From positions 80,104,001 to 80,168,000 of the forward strand of contig OZ024744.1 in the NCBI GenBank assembly GCA_964016885.1: 64,000 nt of DNA, read 5' to 3'. Source of the stretch: Eledone cirrhosa. Lineage: Eukaryota. The first letter of the stretch is position 1. The number at the start of each line of letters is the position of its first letter. The notes beneath the pieces were generated by a model, which saw only the letters and a list, made by a program, of their open reading frames with translations, was not told the origin of the DNA and made no database searches. A program made the translations under genes and the position numbers. This document shows positions 13,527 through 24,878 of the stretch, piece after piece.

Positions 13527-16500
13527 TCATCATCATCATCATCATTTTACGTCCGCTTTTCCCTGCTTGCAAGGATGGGACGGGTCTTATTCAGCACAGC
13601 ATCTCTCCACTCGTCACGGTCCCTCGTCATCTCTACCGTGAGCTTCAATGATCTGAGGTCTGTTCTCACCACCTCCGCCCATGTTTTTCGTGGTCTACCT
13701 CTACCACGTCTTCCTTCAACTGGCATTTCCTGGCACTTCTTCACCCATCGGTCATCCTCCATGCGCATCACATGTCCATACCACCTCAGTCTCCTCTCCC
13801 GTACACTACATTCTATCCCTCTCAGACACAGTTTCTCTCTCAACACATTTATGCTGGGTCGTTCACGCACATTGACACTGCACATCCAACGGAGCATGCT
13901 TGCCTCATTTCTCTCCAGCCGTCGCATATCTTCTGCGGTAGCTGCCCATGTCTCACTACCATGCAGCATCGCGCTCCTCACACAGGCATCATACAACCGG
14001 CCTTTCGTACGCAGGGAGAAACCCTTCTTCGTCAACAGAGGAAGCAGCTCCCTAAACTTCTTCCAACCCGTCCTTATTCTAGATACTATGGCCTCGGAAC
14101 ACCCTCCTCCCATGCTAATCTGATCTCCTAGGTACCGGAAGCTATCCACCACTTCTATAGCGCCCTCTCGCATTTGAAAAATGTGTCTATCAGTGCGACT
14201 TCTACTGTCTAATTTCCCTGTACATCTACTGCATACATATTTCTCCCTACCTGTTAGTTTGCCTGCTATCCCGCTACATCTCTTGTGTACCCAGGACCTA
14301 CATTGTGTGCATTTTATAGAATTTATTCCAGTTCCTTTTCTGCATATCGAACATGGCCATTTCCCTGACGGAATCAGGGTTTTGTCCTCTTTTCTACTCA
14401 TCAACACTTTTGTCTTAGCTAGATTTACTCTTAGTCCTCTTGCTTCCAACTGCTGTTTCCATAGCCGGAATTTATTCTCTAGCTCCTCTACTGATTCTGC
14501 CATAAGAGCCAGATCGTCAGCATAGAGAAGTTCCCATGGACAGCCAGTCTTAAACTCCTCTGTTATGGCTTGGAGGACTATAATGAACAAGAGCGGGCTG
14601 AGGACCGAACCCTGATGTACTCCTACTTGTATCTGGAATTCCTCACTAAACTCCATTCCTACCCTGACTTTACTGAGAGTACCTCTGTACAAAGTTTGCA
14701 CTGTCCTTGCAAGCCATTCCTCAACACCCAGCTTCCTTAGGGACCACCAGATGACAGATCGGGGTACCCTATCAAAGGCCTTCTCTAGGTCAACAAAGGT
14801 TAAGTATAGTGGCTTATTCTTCTCTAAGAACCTCTCTTGCATTTGTCTCACCAAGAAGAGGGCATCTGTTGTACTCTTCCCAGGCACAAAACCAAACTGC
14901 ATCTCATCTAGTTTGACCCTTTCTCTAATTAGTTGTGCTAAAATCCTTTCTGCCACTTCATAACCTGATCTATCAGTTTTATACCCTATAATTGCTCCTC
15001 TCCAAAGCATCCCCATTACCTTTGTAGCAATTATGAGAATACTGCTGCACCAGTCTTTGGGTATGACACCACCATATATAGCCTGATTGATTATGCGTGC
15101 AACCAGTTTAGTGCCTACGTCCCCTGATGCCTTCAGCATCTCAGCAACTATTCCCGATGGTCCGGCCGCCTTACCATTTTTCATTTCCCTAATCGCCTCT
15201 TGGACCCTATATTCGTCAATCTCAATAGCTGGTCCCTCTGTCGGATCTACCAAGGGTAATTTCTCTCTCTCCCATTCGTTCTCCACATTCATCAGTCTCT
15301 CATAATGACATTTCCAGCCTCCTTTTTCTGGTCATTCGTGACACTAAGTACACCGGCATCATCCCGGACACATTTATCACCAACAACATCCTGATTTGCA
15401 TTGACACACTGCCTTGCAATGTGGAACACCGCACGCCTCTGATCTTCCCGTCGCAGAACATTGGCAAACCTCCTACTCTCTGCCTCCCCTGCGTGCTAAG
15501 TACACCTGACGTCTAGCTTCTCTCTTAGTGGCTGTATATTCTTCCCTACTCCCACCCTTATTCCAAGCCTTCCATGCTAGTCTTTTGTCTCTAATAGCCT
15601 TATCTACACTGCTGTTCCACCACCAGGTCACTCTCTGTCTGGTTGGAGCTCTGCTCCAGCCACAGGTTTCATCAGTAGCCTGCAGCAAGTTGTCACGTAA
15701 GAACTTCCAGTTATTATCTATGTCATACGTCTCTAAATCGTCTTCTTTTTCGTCATATACATCTTGAAGGGCTTTCCTAAATTTGAATTTTAGTGAAAGG
15801 TCTTTTAGCTTCCAGACCTTTCTTCTCCACACCTTCCTATATGTCTCATTCCATCTCTTGCTTACTGAGATATCACTAACAACTAACCTATGCTGTGGGG
15901 TACATTCTTCCCCAGGGTATGCCTTGGTATTAGACACTATCCCGCTGCCTAACTAGCAGGAAGTCAATCTGGCTTATGTGCTCACCAGATTTGTAGGTTA
16001 TTAGGTGATTGGCAGGTTTCTGGAAGTTTGTGTTGCAAATAGTCAATGTACTTGCATCACAAAATTCAAGAAGTCTCACTCCTTCTTCATTTCTTGAACC
16101 GTAACCGTGCCCACCATGTACCCCAGTGTAACCATCCTGGAGCTGTCCAACATGACCATTGAAGTCTCCTGCTAGCATAACGATGTCTCCGTCCTCTGTC
16201 ATTGTGGTTGTTTGCAAAAGTTGCTCATAAAAGCAGTCTTTCTCATCTTTGCCTAGGCCTGCTTGGGGAGCATAGACCGAGATGATTGTCAGTAGTCTCC
16301 TACCTACAACTAATCTAAGCTTAATTATTCGATTACTAACTCGAACTACCTCTATTGTCTTATTGATCCATTTCTCAGCCAGGAAAATGCCTACTCCCCC
16401 TAACCCATCATCCTTACCTACCCAGAATAGCTTATAGCTAAGACGCTTGCCTACGACTAGTCTCGCAGAGGCACCTCTCCATCTCACCTCTTGCACGCAG

Positions 16501-16635
16501 CACACATCCACCTGCCTTCTCTCCAGCATCTCCGCTATTTCAGCAGATCTACCTCTGAGAGTGCCAACATTAAGTGTTGCAACTCTGAGATGCGACGTCT
16601 TCATATTTTTCTATGCTGTTTTGTTGCTGTGCTGA
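13527..16635 (-). mobile_element. RTE-clade non-LTR retrotransposon (family 1), full coding span, frameshifted
   Basis: APE endonuclease motifs (ATLNVGTL, CVQEVRW, SVYAPQ, GDFNGHVG, SQIDF) in 15930-16604. RT motifs (QFGF, FVDLEKAFD, GVHQGSVLSP, YADD, YLG) in 13547-15292. (GAT)n tail at 13527-13545. Confidence 0.97.
13547..16604 (-). pseudogene. Endonuclease/reverse transcriptase ORF broken by about 6 indels
   Basis: ORFs 15930-16604, 15473-15937 and 13547-15292, plus the bridging out-of-frame segments, are colinear with the intact 1039-aa protein at 19637-22756. No nonsense substitutions seen. Confidence 0.88.
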
Positions 16636-16872
16636 TAATATATATATAATATATATAATATATATATATATATAATATATATATATATATATACATATAA
16701 TATATATATATATATACATATAATATATATATATATATATATACATATAATATATATATATATATATACATATAATATATATATAATATATATACATAAT
16801 ATATATATTATATATATATACATATAATATATATATATATATATATACATATAATATATATATATATATATA

Positions 16873-16932
<60 letters not shown>

Positions 16933-18462
16933 CATATAATATATATATATATATATACATATAATATATATATATATATATATACATATAATATATATAC
17001 ATATAATATATATATACATAATATATAAATATATAAAATATATATATACATAATATATAAATATATAAAATATATATATACATATATATAAATATATAAA
17101 ATATATATATACATAATATATAAATATATAAAATATATATATACATAATATATAAATATATAAAATATATATATACATAATATATAAATATATAAAATAT
17201 ATATATATAAAATATATATATATATAATATATATATATAATTTATATATATATATATATTATATATAATATATACATATTATATATAATATATACATATA
17301 TATTATATATAATATATACATATATATTATATATAATATATACATATATATTATATATAATATATACATATATATAATATATACATATATATAATATATA
17401 CATATATATAATATATACATGATATATAATATATACATATATATTATATATAATATATACATATATATTATATATAATATATACATATATATTATATATA
17501 CATATATATTATATATACATATATATTATATATAATATATATATATATATAATATATATATATATTATATATAATATATATATATATATAATATATATAT
17601 AATATATATATATATATAATATATGGAAAGTTATATTTAAAATTGTTGGGTTACAGCTAGTAAATATTTATAACTGGTATAAAAGCACTCGACAAATATA
17701 TCCCAGAAATATATATAATGAAATAAATATGGTTTTATAAATATAGTTTTCCATTTATTTAATATTGTATATATATAATATATATATTATATATGATATA
17801 TATATAATATATATATATATTATATATGATATATATATAATATATATATATATTATATATGATATATATATAATATATATATATATTATATATGATATAT
17901 ATATAATATATATATATATTATATATAATATATATATAATATATATATATATTATATATAATATATATATAATATATTATATATAATATATATATATATA
18001 ATATATATATAATATATTATATATAATATATATATATATAATATATATATAATATATATATATATTATATATAATATATATATAATATATATATAATATA
18101 TATATATATTATATATAATATATATATATATTATATATAATATATATATAATATATATATATATTATATATTATATATAATATATATATATATAATATAT
18201 ATATAATATATATATATTATATATAAATATATATATAATATATATTATATTATATATTATATATAATATAATATATATATAATATATATATAATATATAT
18301 ATATATTATATATAATATATATATAATATATATATATATTATATATAATATATATATAATATATATATAATATATATATATATTATATATAATATATATA
18401 TAATATATATATATATATTATATATATATTATATATAATATATATATAATATATATATATAT

Positions 18463-18493
<31 letters not shown>

Positions 18494-19234
18494 ATATATA
18501 TATAATATATATATATTATATATAACATATATATAATATATATATATATATTATATATAATATATATATATATTATATATAATATATATATAATATATAT
18601 ATATTATATATATAATATATATATATTATATATATAATATATATATATTATATATATATATTATATATATAATATATATATATTATATATATAATATATA
18701 TATATTATATATATAATATATACATATATATTATATAATATATATATATATAATATATATATATAATATAATTAATATATATATATATAATATATATATA
18801 TATAATATATATATATATAATATATATATATTATATATAATATATATATATATAATATATATATATTATATATAATATATATATATAATATATATATATT
18901 ATATATAATATATATATATTATATATAATATATATATATTTAATATTATATATATATATATAATATATATATATTTAATATAATATATATATATATAATA
19001 TATAATATATATAATATATATATACATAATATATATAATATATATATACATAATATATATAATATATATAATATATATATATTATATATAATATATATTA
19101 TATATAATATATATATATTATATATAATATATATATATTATATATAATATATATATATTATATATAATATATATATATTATATATATATATAATATATAT
19201 ATATTATATATAATATATATATATATTATATATA
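16636..19234. repeat. (TA)n/(TACATA) compound microsatellite with a ~140-bp unique island at ~17625-17765
   Basis: Low-complexity A/T sequence. The YIYI ORFs are artefacts. Confidence 0.96.
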
Positions 19235-19236
19235 GT

Positions 19237-19630
19237 TATAAGTTACACTGGGAGATCCTAGCTAGGGCTAGATCGTATAACGGAAATAAAAGCCCATGTG
19301 ACCTCTGCGCCGCTGAGGCCTGGAAATACTCTACGCCAACTGACCACATCTTAAACAAAAAATCTGAGGCAATTTCGGCTTGAAAACATAAATTGCACAA
19401 AACTTTCCTGTATTACAGCCCCATGTTATACCCTAACGGATAGTACGATCTACCTAGCATGCCATTTCCACTGCTGCTGCTGCTACTACCTGCTTAACTA
19501 ACTCTCTCCTCCTCTGGCGCATCCCAACACACCCTGCCATTACCCCACCACCACTGTCCTTCTAGCCCTCAATTTTCCCACCGTTATGGATGGATGAGCT
19601 GGGATACACGAGCAACTCTGAATCAATAGA
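19237..19630 (+). mobile_element. 3' remnant of a Penelope-like element: GIY-YIG endonuclease C-terminus plus 3' UTR with a decayed hammerhead-like motif
   Basis: Manual translation from 19237: YKLHWEILARARSYNGNKSPCDLCAAEAW...ILNKKSEAISA*KHKLHK...(TAG at 19441). This fits the WxIL..A..Y..CxLC..E..LNKxSE..CxH pattern I recognise from PLE endonuclease C-termini. GGATGA-GCT...AGC-AACTCTGAATC lies at ~19592-19624. Confidence 0.7.
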
Positions 19631-19636
19631 TGAAAT

Positions 19637-22600
19637 ATGAATCTGCGAGCTACCAAGCACCCACGTGAAGCGCCAACCCAGAGACCCTCCCCTACGAGTG
19701 TCGACAAATGCCCAAAACTCCGAGTTGGTACCATCAATGTAGGCTCAATGAAAGGAAGAGCAGGAGAAATCGTAGAAATGCTAGAGCGAAAGGAAGTTGA
19801 TGTATGCTGTGTGCAAGAGACTAGATGGAGAGGAGGGTCTGCTAGAGTCCTTGTAGGAAAAAGCCAGTGCTACAAATTTTTCTGGGTGGGAAATGACGAT
19901 GGGATGGGTGGTGTAGGTATACTATTAGCTGACAAGTGGGTAGATAAAGTAATCTCAGTGTACAGGGTAAATGCAAGAATCATTAAACTCAGACTAGTCC
20001 TGAATAAGACAATTACCACAATAATATCAGCTTACGCACCCCAATCGGGGCTGCCAGACGAACTTAAGGATAGGTTTTACGAGTCCCTAATACACACTAC
20101 TGCTCTAACAGACGACAAGGACTTCCTAATCATTGCAGGAGATTTTAACGGACACGTAGGTAAACACTGCGACGGCTTCAATAGAGTACATGGAGGCCAT
20201 GGAGTTGGCATAAGGAATGAGGAAGGATTCAGACTTCTAGAATTCTGCGACGCCAATGACATGTCGATATGTAACACAAACTTTAAAAAACCCGACAACC
20301 ACCTGATCACCTATAGATCAGGGGAGCACTCTAGTCAGTTAGATTTTATCCTCATCAGAGGACGTGACAGATGGACGGTCGTAAACACAAAAGCCTTCCC
20401 TAGTGAGGAATGTACATCCCAACATAGCTTAGTTGTCAGCGACCTCACGGTCAGAACTAGACGAGCCCTGAAACAGAGGCCAACCTGGAGAAGAAAGATC
20501 TGGAAGCTGAAAGTCCCCTCAACCAGTAACAGATTTAAAGATATTTTACTCAACGCCTACGACAGTAAAGAAGAACAGATAGAGACATTTAACGTAGAAG
20601 AGAACTGGGAGTTCCTAAAAAATAACTTACTAGAGGCGACGGATGAGGTTTGTGGCTGGAGTAAGACCTCAAGCAGGAGGAGAGTGACTTGGTGGTGGAA
20701 CAATAAGGTAGATGAAGCAGTCAAGGCCAAGAGACAGGCATGGAAAGAATGGAAGAACGGGGGGAGCAGGGTACATTACATAGAGACCAAGAGGGAAGCT
20801 AGGCGACAAGTATACTTAGCTAGGAGGGAAGCAGAGGATAGAAAATTCAAGCATGTTTTACAACGTGAGGACCAGAAACAGGAGGTATTCAAGATTGCGA
20901 GGCAGTGTGTCAGAGATAGTTGTGATGTCATTGGAGAGAAGTGTATCCGGAATGATAAAGGTGAGCTTGCCCTCACAAGTGCTGAGAAGAAAGATGCATG
21001 GAAGAGTCATTATGATAGATTACTAAATGAGGAGAATGCATGGGAAGAAGAGACCCTACCCCACGTAGACCCTATAGAGGGACCAGCAGTACAAGTCAGC
21101 GGCAGCGTAGTAAGTAAGGCAATCAGAGATATGAAGATAGGGAAGGCAACCGGTCCATCGGGTATAGCTGCCGAGATGCTGAAGGCATCTGGGTCTGTAG
21201 GTCACACTATAACCACACGTATCGTTAACCAGGTAATACTAGAGGGGGCCATACCAAAAGATTGGTGCAGTAGCATCATTGTCAACTGCTACAAAGGTAA
21301 AGGCGATGCACTAGATAGAGGAAACTATAGAGGTATAAAGTTGATGGACCAGGTCATGAAAGTAACAGAAAGAGTTATAGCACAGCTGATTAGGGACCGG
21401 GTGAATATAGACGAGATGCAATTTGGGTTTGTTCCAGGGAAAGGCACCACTGATGCGCTCTTCCTTGTGAGGCAATTACAGGAAAAGTACCTAGCTAAAA
21501 GTAAGCCACTCTACTTGGCATTTGTCGACCTTGAGAAAGCCTTTGACAGAGTTCCACGTGCAGTAATCTGGTGGGCTCTTAGAAAACTAGGAGTAGATGA
21601 ATGGCTTGTGAAAGCGGTACAAGCCATGTATAGGGGAGCAGTCAGCAAAGTTAGGATTGGCAATGAGTATAGCGAGGAATTTAGCGTACAGGTTGGGGTC
21701 CACCAGGGCTCTGTTCTTAGCCCTCTCCTGTTCATCATAGTCCTGCAGGCAATAACGGAGGAGTTTAAGACCGGATGCCCATGGGAACTCCTGTATGCTG
21801 ATGACCTCGCACTCATAGCTGAATCTATGGTAGAACTAGAGAATAAATTCCAAACCTGGAAGCAGGGACTAGAGAGAAAGGGCCTCAAAGTCAACATGAC
21901 AAAGACTAAGGTCCTTATAAGTAGACGAGAAAACAGAACCCAGATCCCCTCAGGGAAATGGCCTTGCTCAGTATGTAGGAAAGGTGTAGGTAGGAACTCC
22001 ATTCTCTGCCCCAAATGCAAACAATGGGTACACAAGAGATGTAGCGGGATCTCAGGAAGCTTAATTAAGAATGTAGGATTCACATGCAGCAGCTGTGCTG
22101 AAACAGCAAGCAAACAGCCACAGGAAACAAGTACCACCAATCTCTGGGAGGGCCCTGTAGAAACAGTAGACAGCTTCTGCTACCTAGGTGACCGAATTAG
22201 CAACGGAGGTGGGTGCTCAGAAAGTACAATAACTAGGGTAAGAACGGGATGGAAGAAGTTTAGGGAACTACTACCACTGCTAGCTGCAAAAGGCTTCTCC
22301 CTCAGAATGAAAGGCAGACTGTATGATGCGTGTATCCGAACAGCGATGTTGCATGGTAGTGAGACCTGGGCGCTGAAGGTGGAAGACTTACGTAGATTAG
22401 AGAGAAACGAAGCCTGCATGCTCCGATGGATGTGTAACAGTAATATACGTGAACGACAAAGCATAAATGAATTGAGAGAGAGACTGAGCATAAGAGGAAT
22501 CAAATGCTGCGTGCAGGAGAGGCGGTTACGCTGGTATGGACATGTGATGCGTATGAAGGATGACAGCTGCATAAAAAGGTGCAGAGCACTAGAAGTTGAT

Positions 22601-22756
22601 GGAAACCGCGGAGTGGGGAGACCCAAGATGACTTGGGATGAGGTGATAAAAGCCGACCTTACCCAACTACACCTCTCAAAGTCAATGACACACGACCGTG
22701 ACTTCTGGCGTCACGCAGTAATACAGGGTACCCGACCTCCCATGGGTACATGCTGA
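19637..22756 (+). CDS. RTE-clade LINE ORF: APE endonuclease + reverse transcriptase with an internal C4HC3 (PHD-like) finger, 1039 aa, uninterrupted
   Basis: Motifs GTINVGSM, CVQETRW, SAYAPQ, GDFNGHVG, SQLDF, SQHSLV (EN); NYRGIKL, QFGF, FVDLEKAFD, QGSVLSP, YADD, FCYLG (RT); RRLRWYGHV, RGVGRPK (RTE C-terminus). Confidence 0.97.
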   Translation: MNLRATKHPREAPTQRPSPTSVDKCPKLRVGTINVGSMKGRAGEIVEMLERKEVDVCCVQETRWRGGSARVLVGKSQCYKFFWVGNDDGMGGVGILLADKWVDKVISVYRVNARIIKLRLVLNKTITTIISAYAPQSGLPDELKDRFYESLIHTTALTDDKDFLIIAGDFNGHVGKHCDGFNRVHGGHGVGIRNEEGFRLLEFCDANDMSICNTNFKKPDNHLITYRSGEHSSQLDFILIRGRDRWTVVNTKAFPSEECTSQHSLVVSDLTVRTRRALKQRPTWRRKIWKLKVPSTSNRFKDILLNAYDSKEEQIETFNVEENWEFLKNNLLEATDEVCGWSKTSSRRRVTWWWNNKVDEAVKAKRQAWKEWKNGGSRVHYIETKREARRQVYLARREAEDRKFKHVLQREDQKQEVFKIARQCVRDSCDVIGEKCIRNDKGELALTSAEKKDAWKSHYDRLLNEENAWEEETLPHVDPIEGPAVQVSGSVVSKAIRDMKIGKATGPSGIAAEMLKASGSVGHTITTRIVNQVILEGAIPKDWCSSIIVNCYKGKGDALDRGNYRGIKLMDQVMKVTERVIAQLIRDRVNIDEMQFGFVPGKGTTDALFLVRQLQEKYLAKSKPLYLAFVDLEKAFDRVPRAVIWWALRKLGVDEWLVKAVQAMYRGAVSKVRIGNEYSEEFSVQVGVHQGSVLSPLLFIIVLQAITEEFKTGCPWELLYADDLALIAESMVELENKFQTWKQGLERKGLKVNMTKTKVLISRRENRTQIPSGKWPCSVCRKGVGRNSILCPKCKQWVHKRCSGISGSLIKNVGFTCSSCAETASKQPQETSTTNLWEGPVETVDSFCYLGDRISNGGGCSESTITRVRTGWKKFRELLPLLAAKGFSLRMKGRLYDACIRTAMLHGSETWALKVEDLRRLERNEACMLRWMCNSNIRERQSINELRERLSIRGIKCCVQERRLRWYGHVMRMKDDSCIKRCRALEVDGNRGVGRPKMTWDEVIKADLTQLHLSKSMTHDRDFWRHAVIQGTRPPMGTC

Positions 22757-23053
22757 AGCATATAAACAATATGCCCCCCCCCCCCACCGCAAGGTGGTCG
22801 TGGAGGTGCCACGGCAAAAAAGCACCCAGCCCACACTGTAAAGTGGACGTGTAGGCGCCACGAAAAAGCACCCAGCACTCACTGTAAATGAGGTTGGTGT
22901 TAGGAAGGGCATCCAGCTGTAGAAATCAAGCCAGATCAGTTCCTGTATGAGCAAGGCATGGTCAGCCGACCAGACACTGCCCACAACAGGACAACCCGTC
23001 TAACCCATGCTAGCGTGGAAGAACGGACGTAAAACGGTGATGATGATGATGAT
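19637..23053 (+). mobile_element. RTE LINE family 2, ORF through 3' UTR and (GAT)n tail
   Basis: ~300-bp 3' UTR ending GAACGGACGTAAAACGGT(GAT)n. 5' boundary and TSD are not resolved. Confidence 0.95.
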
Positions 23054-23614
23054 ACGTGGATATTTTACGTCTTGATGTGGGAGCTAAGTATATGTTTTGT
23101 TTATACCATTACTTATTCGCATAGGTAAGTATATATTACCCGTATGTTTTGTGAAGGTACGTATACCTTCTTGTATGTATATTTGATTGTTTGTTATGGC
23201 GTATAATTTTATATATTCTGGTATATATGGTTTGGCTATGTGTATACGGGAGTTTTGCGTCTGTGTGAGTATGCAGGTTCGTACGTATGTAGGGGTGTGT
23301 ATATGTGTACTTCATGTTCTGGTTGACTTACGTCTCCGAACATGCGTGTATTTACATGTAGGTATGTGTGTGCGCTTGTTATATACGTATTTATTTATTT
23401 ATATACGTTTATATAATTATTTATTTATTTGTATACACGCATACACACACACACACATATTTATATGTGCGTGGTTTTGTATACCTATGGTAAGTGTTTT
23501 GCGTATGCTTGTGTATGTACGTATTTGTTTGCGTGTATGTATTTATTTATTTCTATTACTTCTGTATTGTATTTATTTACTTTGTTCTTAACTCTGTAGC
23601 AGAGATTCATTCGG

Positions 23615-23900
23615 TCTCCTAGTTAGAATTTTAGTCTACGACTTCGGCTATACCATTTACGTGGTTTTGTCTTTGCGTGCTATTGTTCTCCACGCTCCAC
23701 ATATGACGTATTATCTTTGTTTTTTTCGTTCATTGCCAGAGAACGTCTATGAACCACCTAAGAGAACATTAGTCTACGACCTCTTTTATACCATAAACGT
23801 GGTTCTGTCTTTGCGCGTAATTGTTTTTCACTGCTCCTATTAATGACGTATTATATTCGTTTTTTCCCGCTCTTTGCCAGGGAACGTTACCACGAACCAA
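23615..23900. repeat. Two diverged ~145-bp tandem copies
   Basis: TTAGTCTACGAC...TATACCAT...ACGTGGTT...GTCTTTGCG...ATGACGTATTAT...TTGCCAG.GAACGT occurs at ~23631 and ~23769. Confidence 0.7.
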
Positions 23901-24114
23901 AGTATCGTCTTCCTGTCTTCCTCCGGTTGCAACGTTTTTTGAAATATCCAGTTCTGCGTTTACAGATTGACTTTATTAGTTTCAGAAGATCCCGTTAAGG
24001 GTGAAAGCAGCGATTCTTTGCTTAAACTTTAATCTGTTATTTTAATAAATATATATAATATATATATATATATATACATAATAAAGTAAGGTTTGTTTTA
24101 AATCCTACACACAA

Positions 24115-24300
24115 CGGCGTAACTAAGGAAAACAGGAGTCCAAGGGTAGACCCCGAGCAAGATAGTTGGATAACATCCATGAGTATGGTTGGTGTGCTTC
24201 GGGATCCTGCTGGATCAGTTCACAATTGCTTCTGACCGGACCCACTGGAAGGAGTGTTTGAGGACTGCCCCCATGACCTTCTCAGGAATAAATGGGCAGA
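24115..24300 (+). mobile_element. Degenerate 3' fragment of another RTE-like LINE
   Basis: Frameshifted GRPRAR(W)LDNIHE...IASDRTHWKECL, typical of the RTE ORF C-terminus. Confidence 0.55.
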
Positions 24301-24524
24301 GAGGATTGTCTTTAAAATATAGATAAGGATTCCTTTAAAAAAATGTTGATATCATCCCCCAAGGCTAGATGTAACAACCCGGGAAATCAGTTGAAGTTTA
24401 GACAAAATCCTAACATTTGTATAAGAAATGAAAAAAATATAAAAGTATACAATAAAATATAACTTGTTTATACAGGTTTCTGACTAATGACTATTTATAT
24501 ATAATTAGTTTTTATTATGGTATG

Positions 24525-24878
24525 TAACATAGGGAGTGGACCTAACAAAAAAGCAAATTCTGAAACTACAAACAATGCAAAGAGATTACGAAAGGATAAT
24601 GTTAAAAACATCACATGGTGAGACCGAAAAACTGCCAAATGGATCAAGAAATAAAATGTTCGGCACAACCTACAACTCATTAGCAAAGCAAAATGAAAGT
24701 GGGCAGGGCAGGACACATTGCCAGACTGACTAAGAAAAGACAAGACCCGCCGCGCCACCTTCTGGGGCTACCAGAAAACCAGGTGGCAAGATGAATGGCT
24801 CAGGATAGGCAAAGATGGCGCCGCTCGGGGAAGTCATGTGTCCAACAACAGACTTACCCAGGCTAAAGATGATGATCA
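24525..24878 (+). mobile_element. Degenerate RTE-like 3' fragment
   Basis: LTKKQILKLQTMQRDYERIMLK followed by frameshifted KWAG..HIARL, ending in a GATGATGAT tail. Confidence 0.55.

Larger units (their letters stand above)
10968..13527. repeat. Long (TA)n-rich microsatellite region interrupted by a SINE (11523-11700) and an RTE fragment (12194-12508)
   Basis: Almost pure A/T sequence outside the two insertions. Confidence 0.96.

Noticed and set aside
13575-16635. Plus-strand ORFs over RTE family 1, and minus-strand ORFs over RTE family 2 and the transposase
   Set aside because: Antisense shadows of the real TE reading frames.
9993-17986. Tyr/Ile-rich ORFs (also 32472-33356)
   Set aside because: These are translations of (TA)n microsatellites.
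19240-19636. HDV-like ribozyme as the RTE 5' leader
   Set aside because: I could not build the nested double pseudoknot by eye, and the region translates as a Penelope-like endonuclease tail instead.
19444-19640. SECIS element downstream of the in-frame TGA
   Set aside because: The ATGA at 19594 has no suitably spaced AA loop and helix II; the segment fits a decayed hammerhead better.
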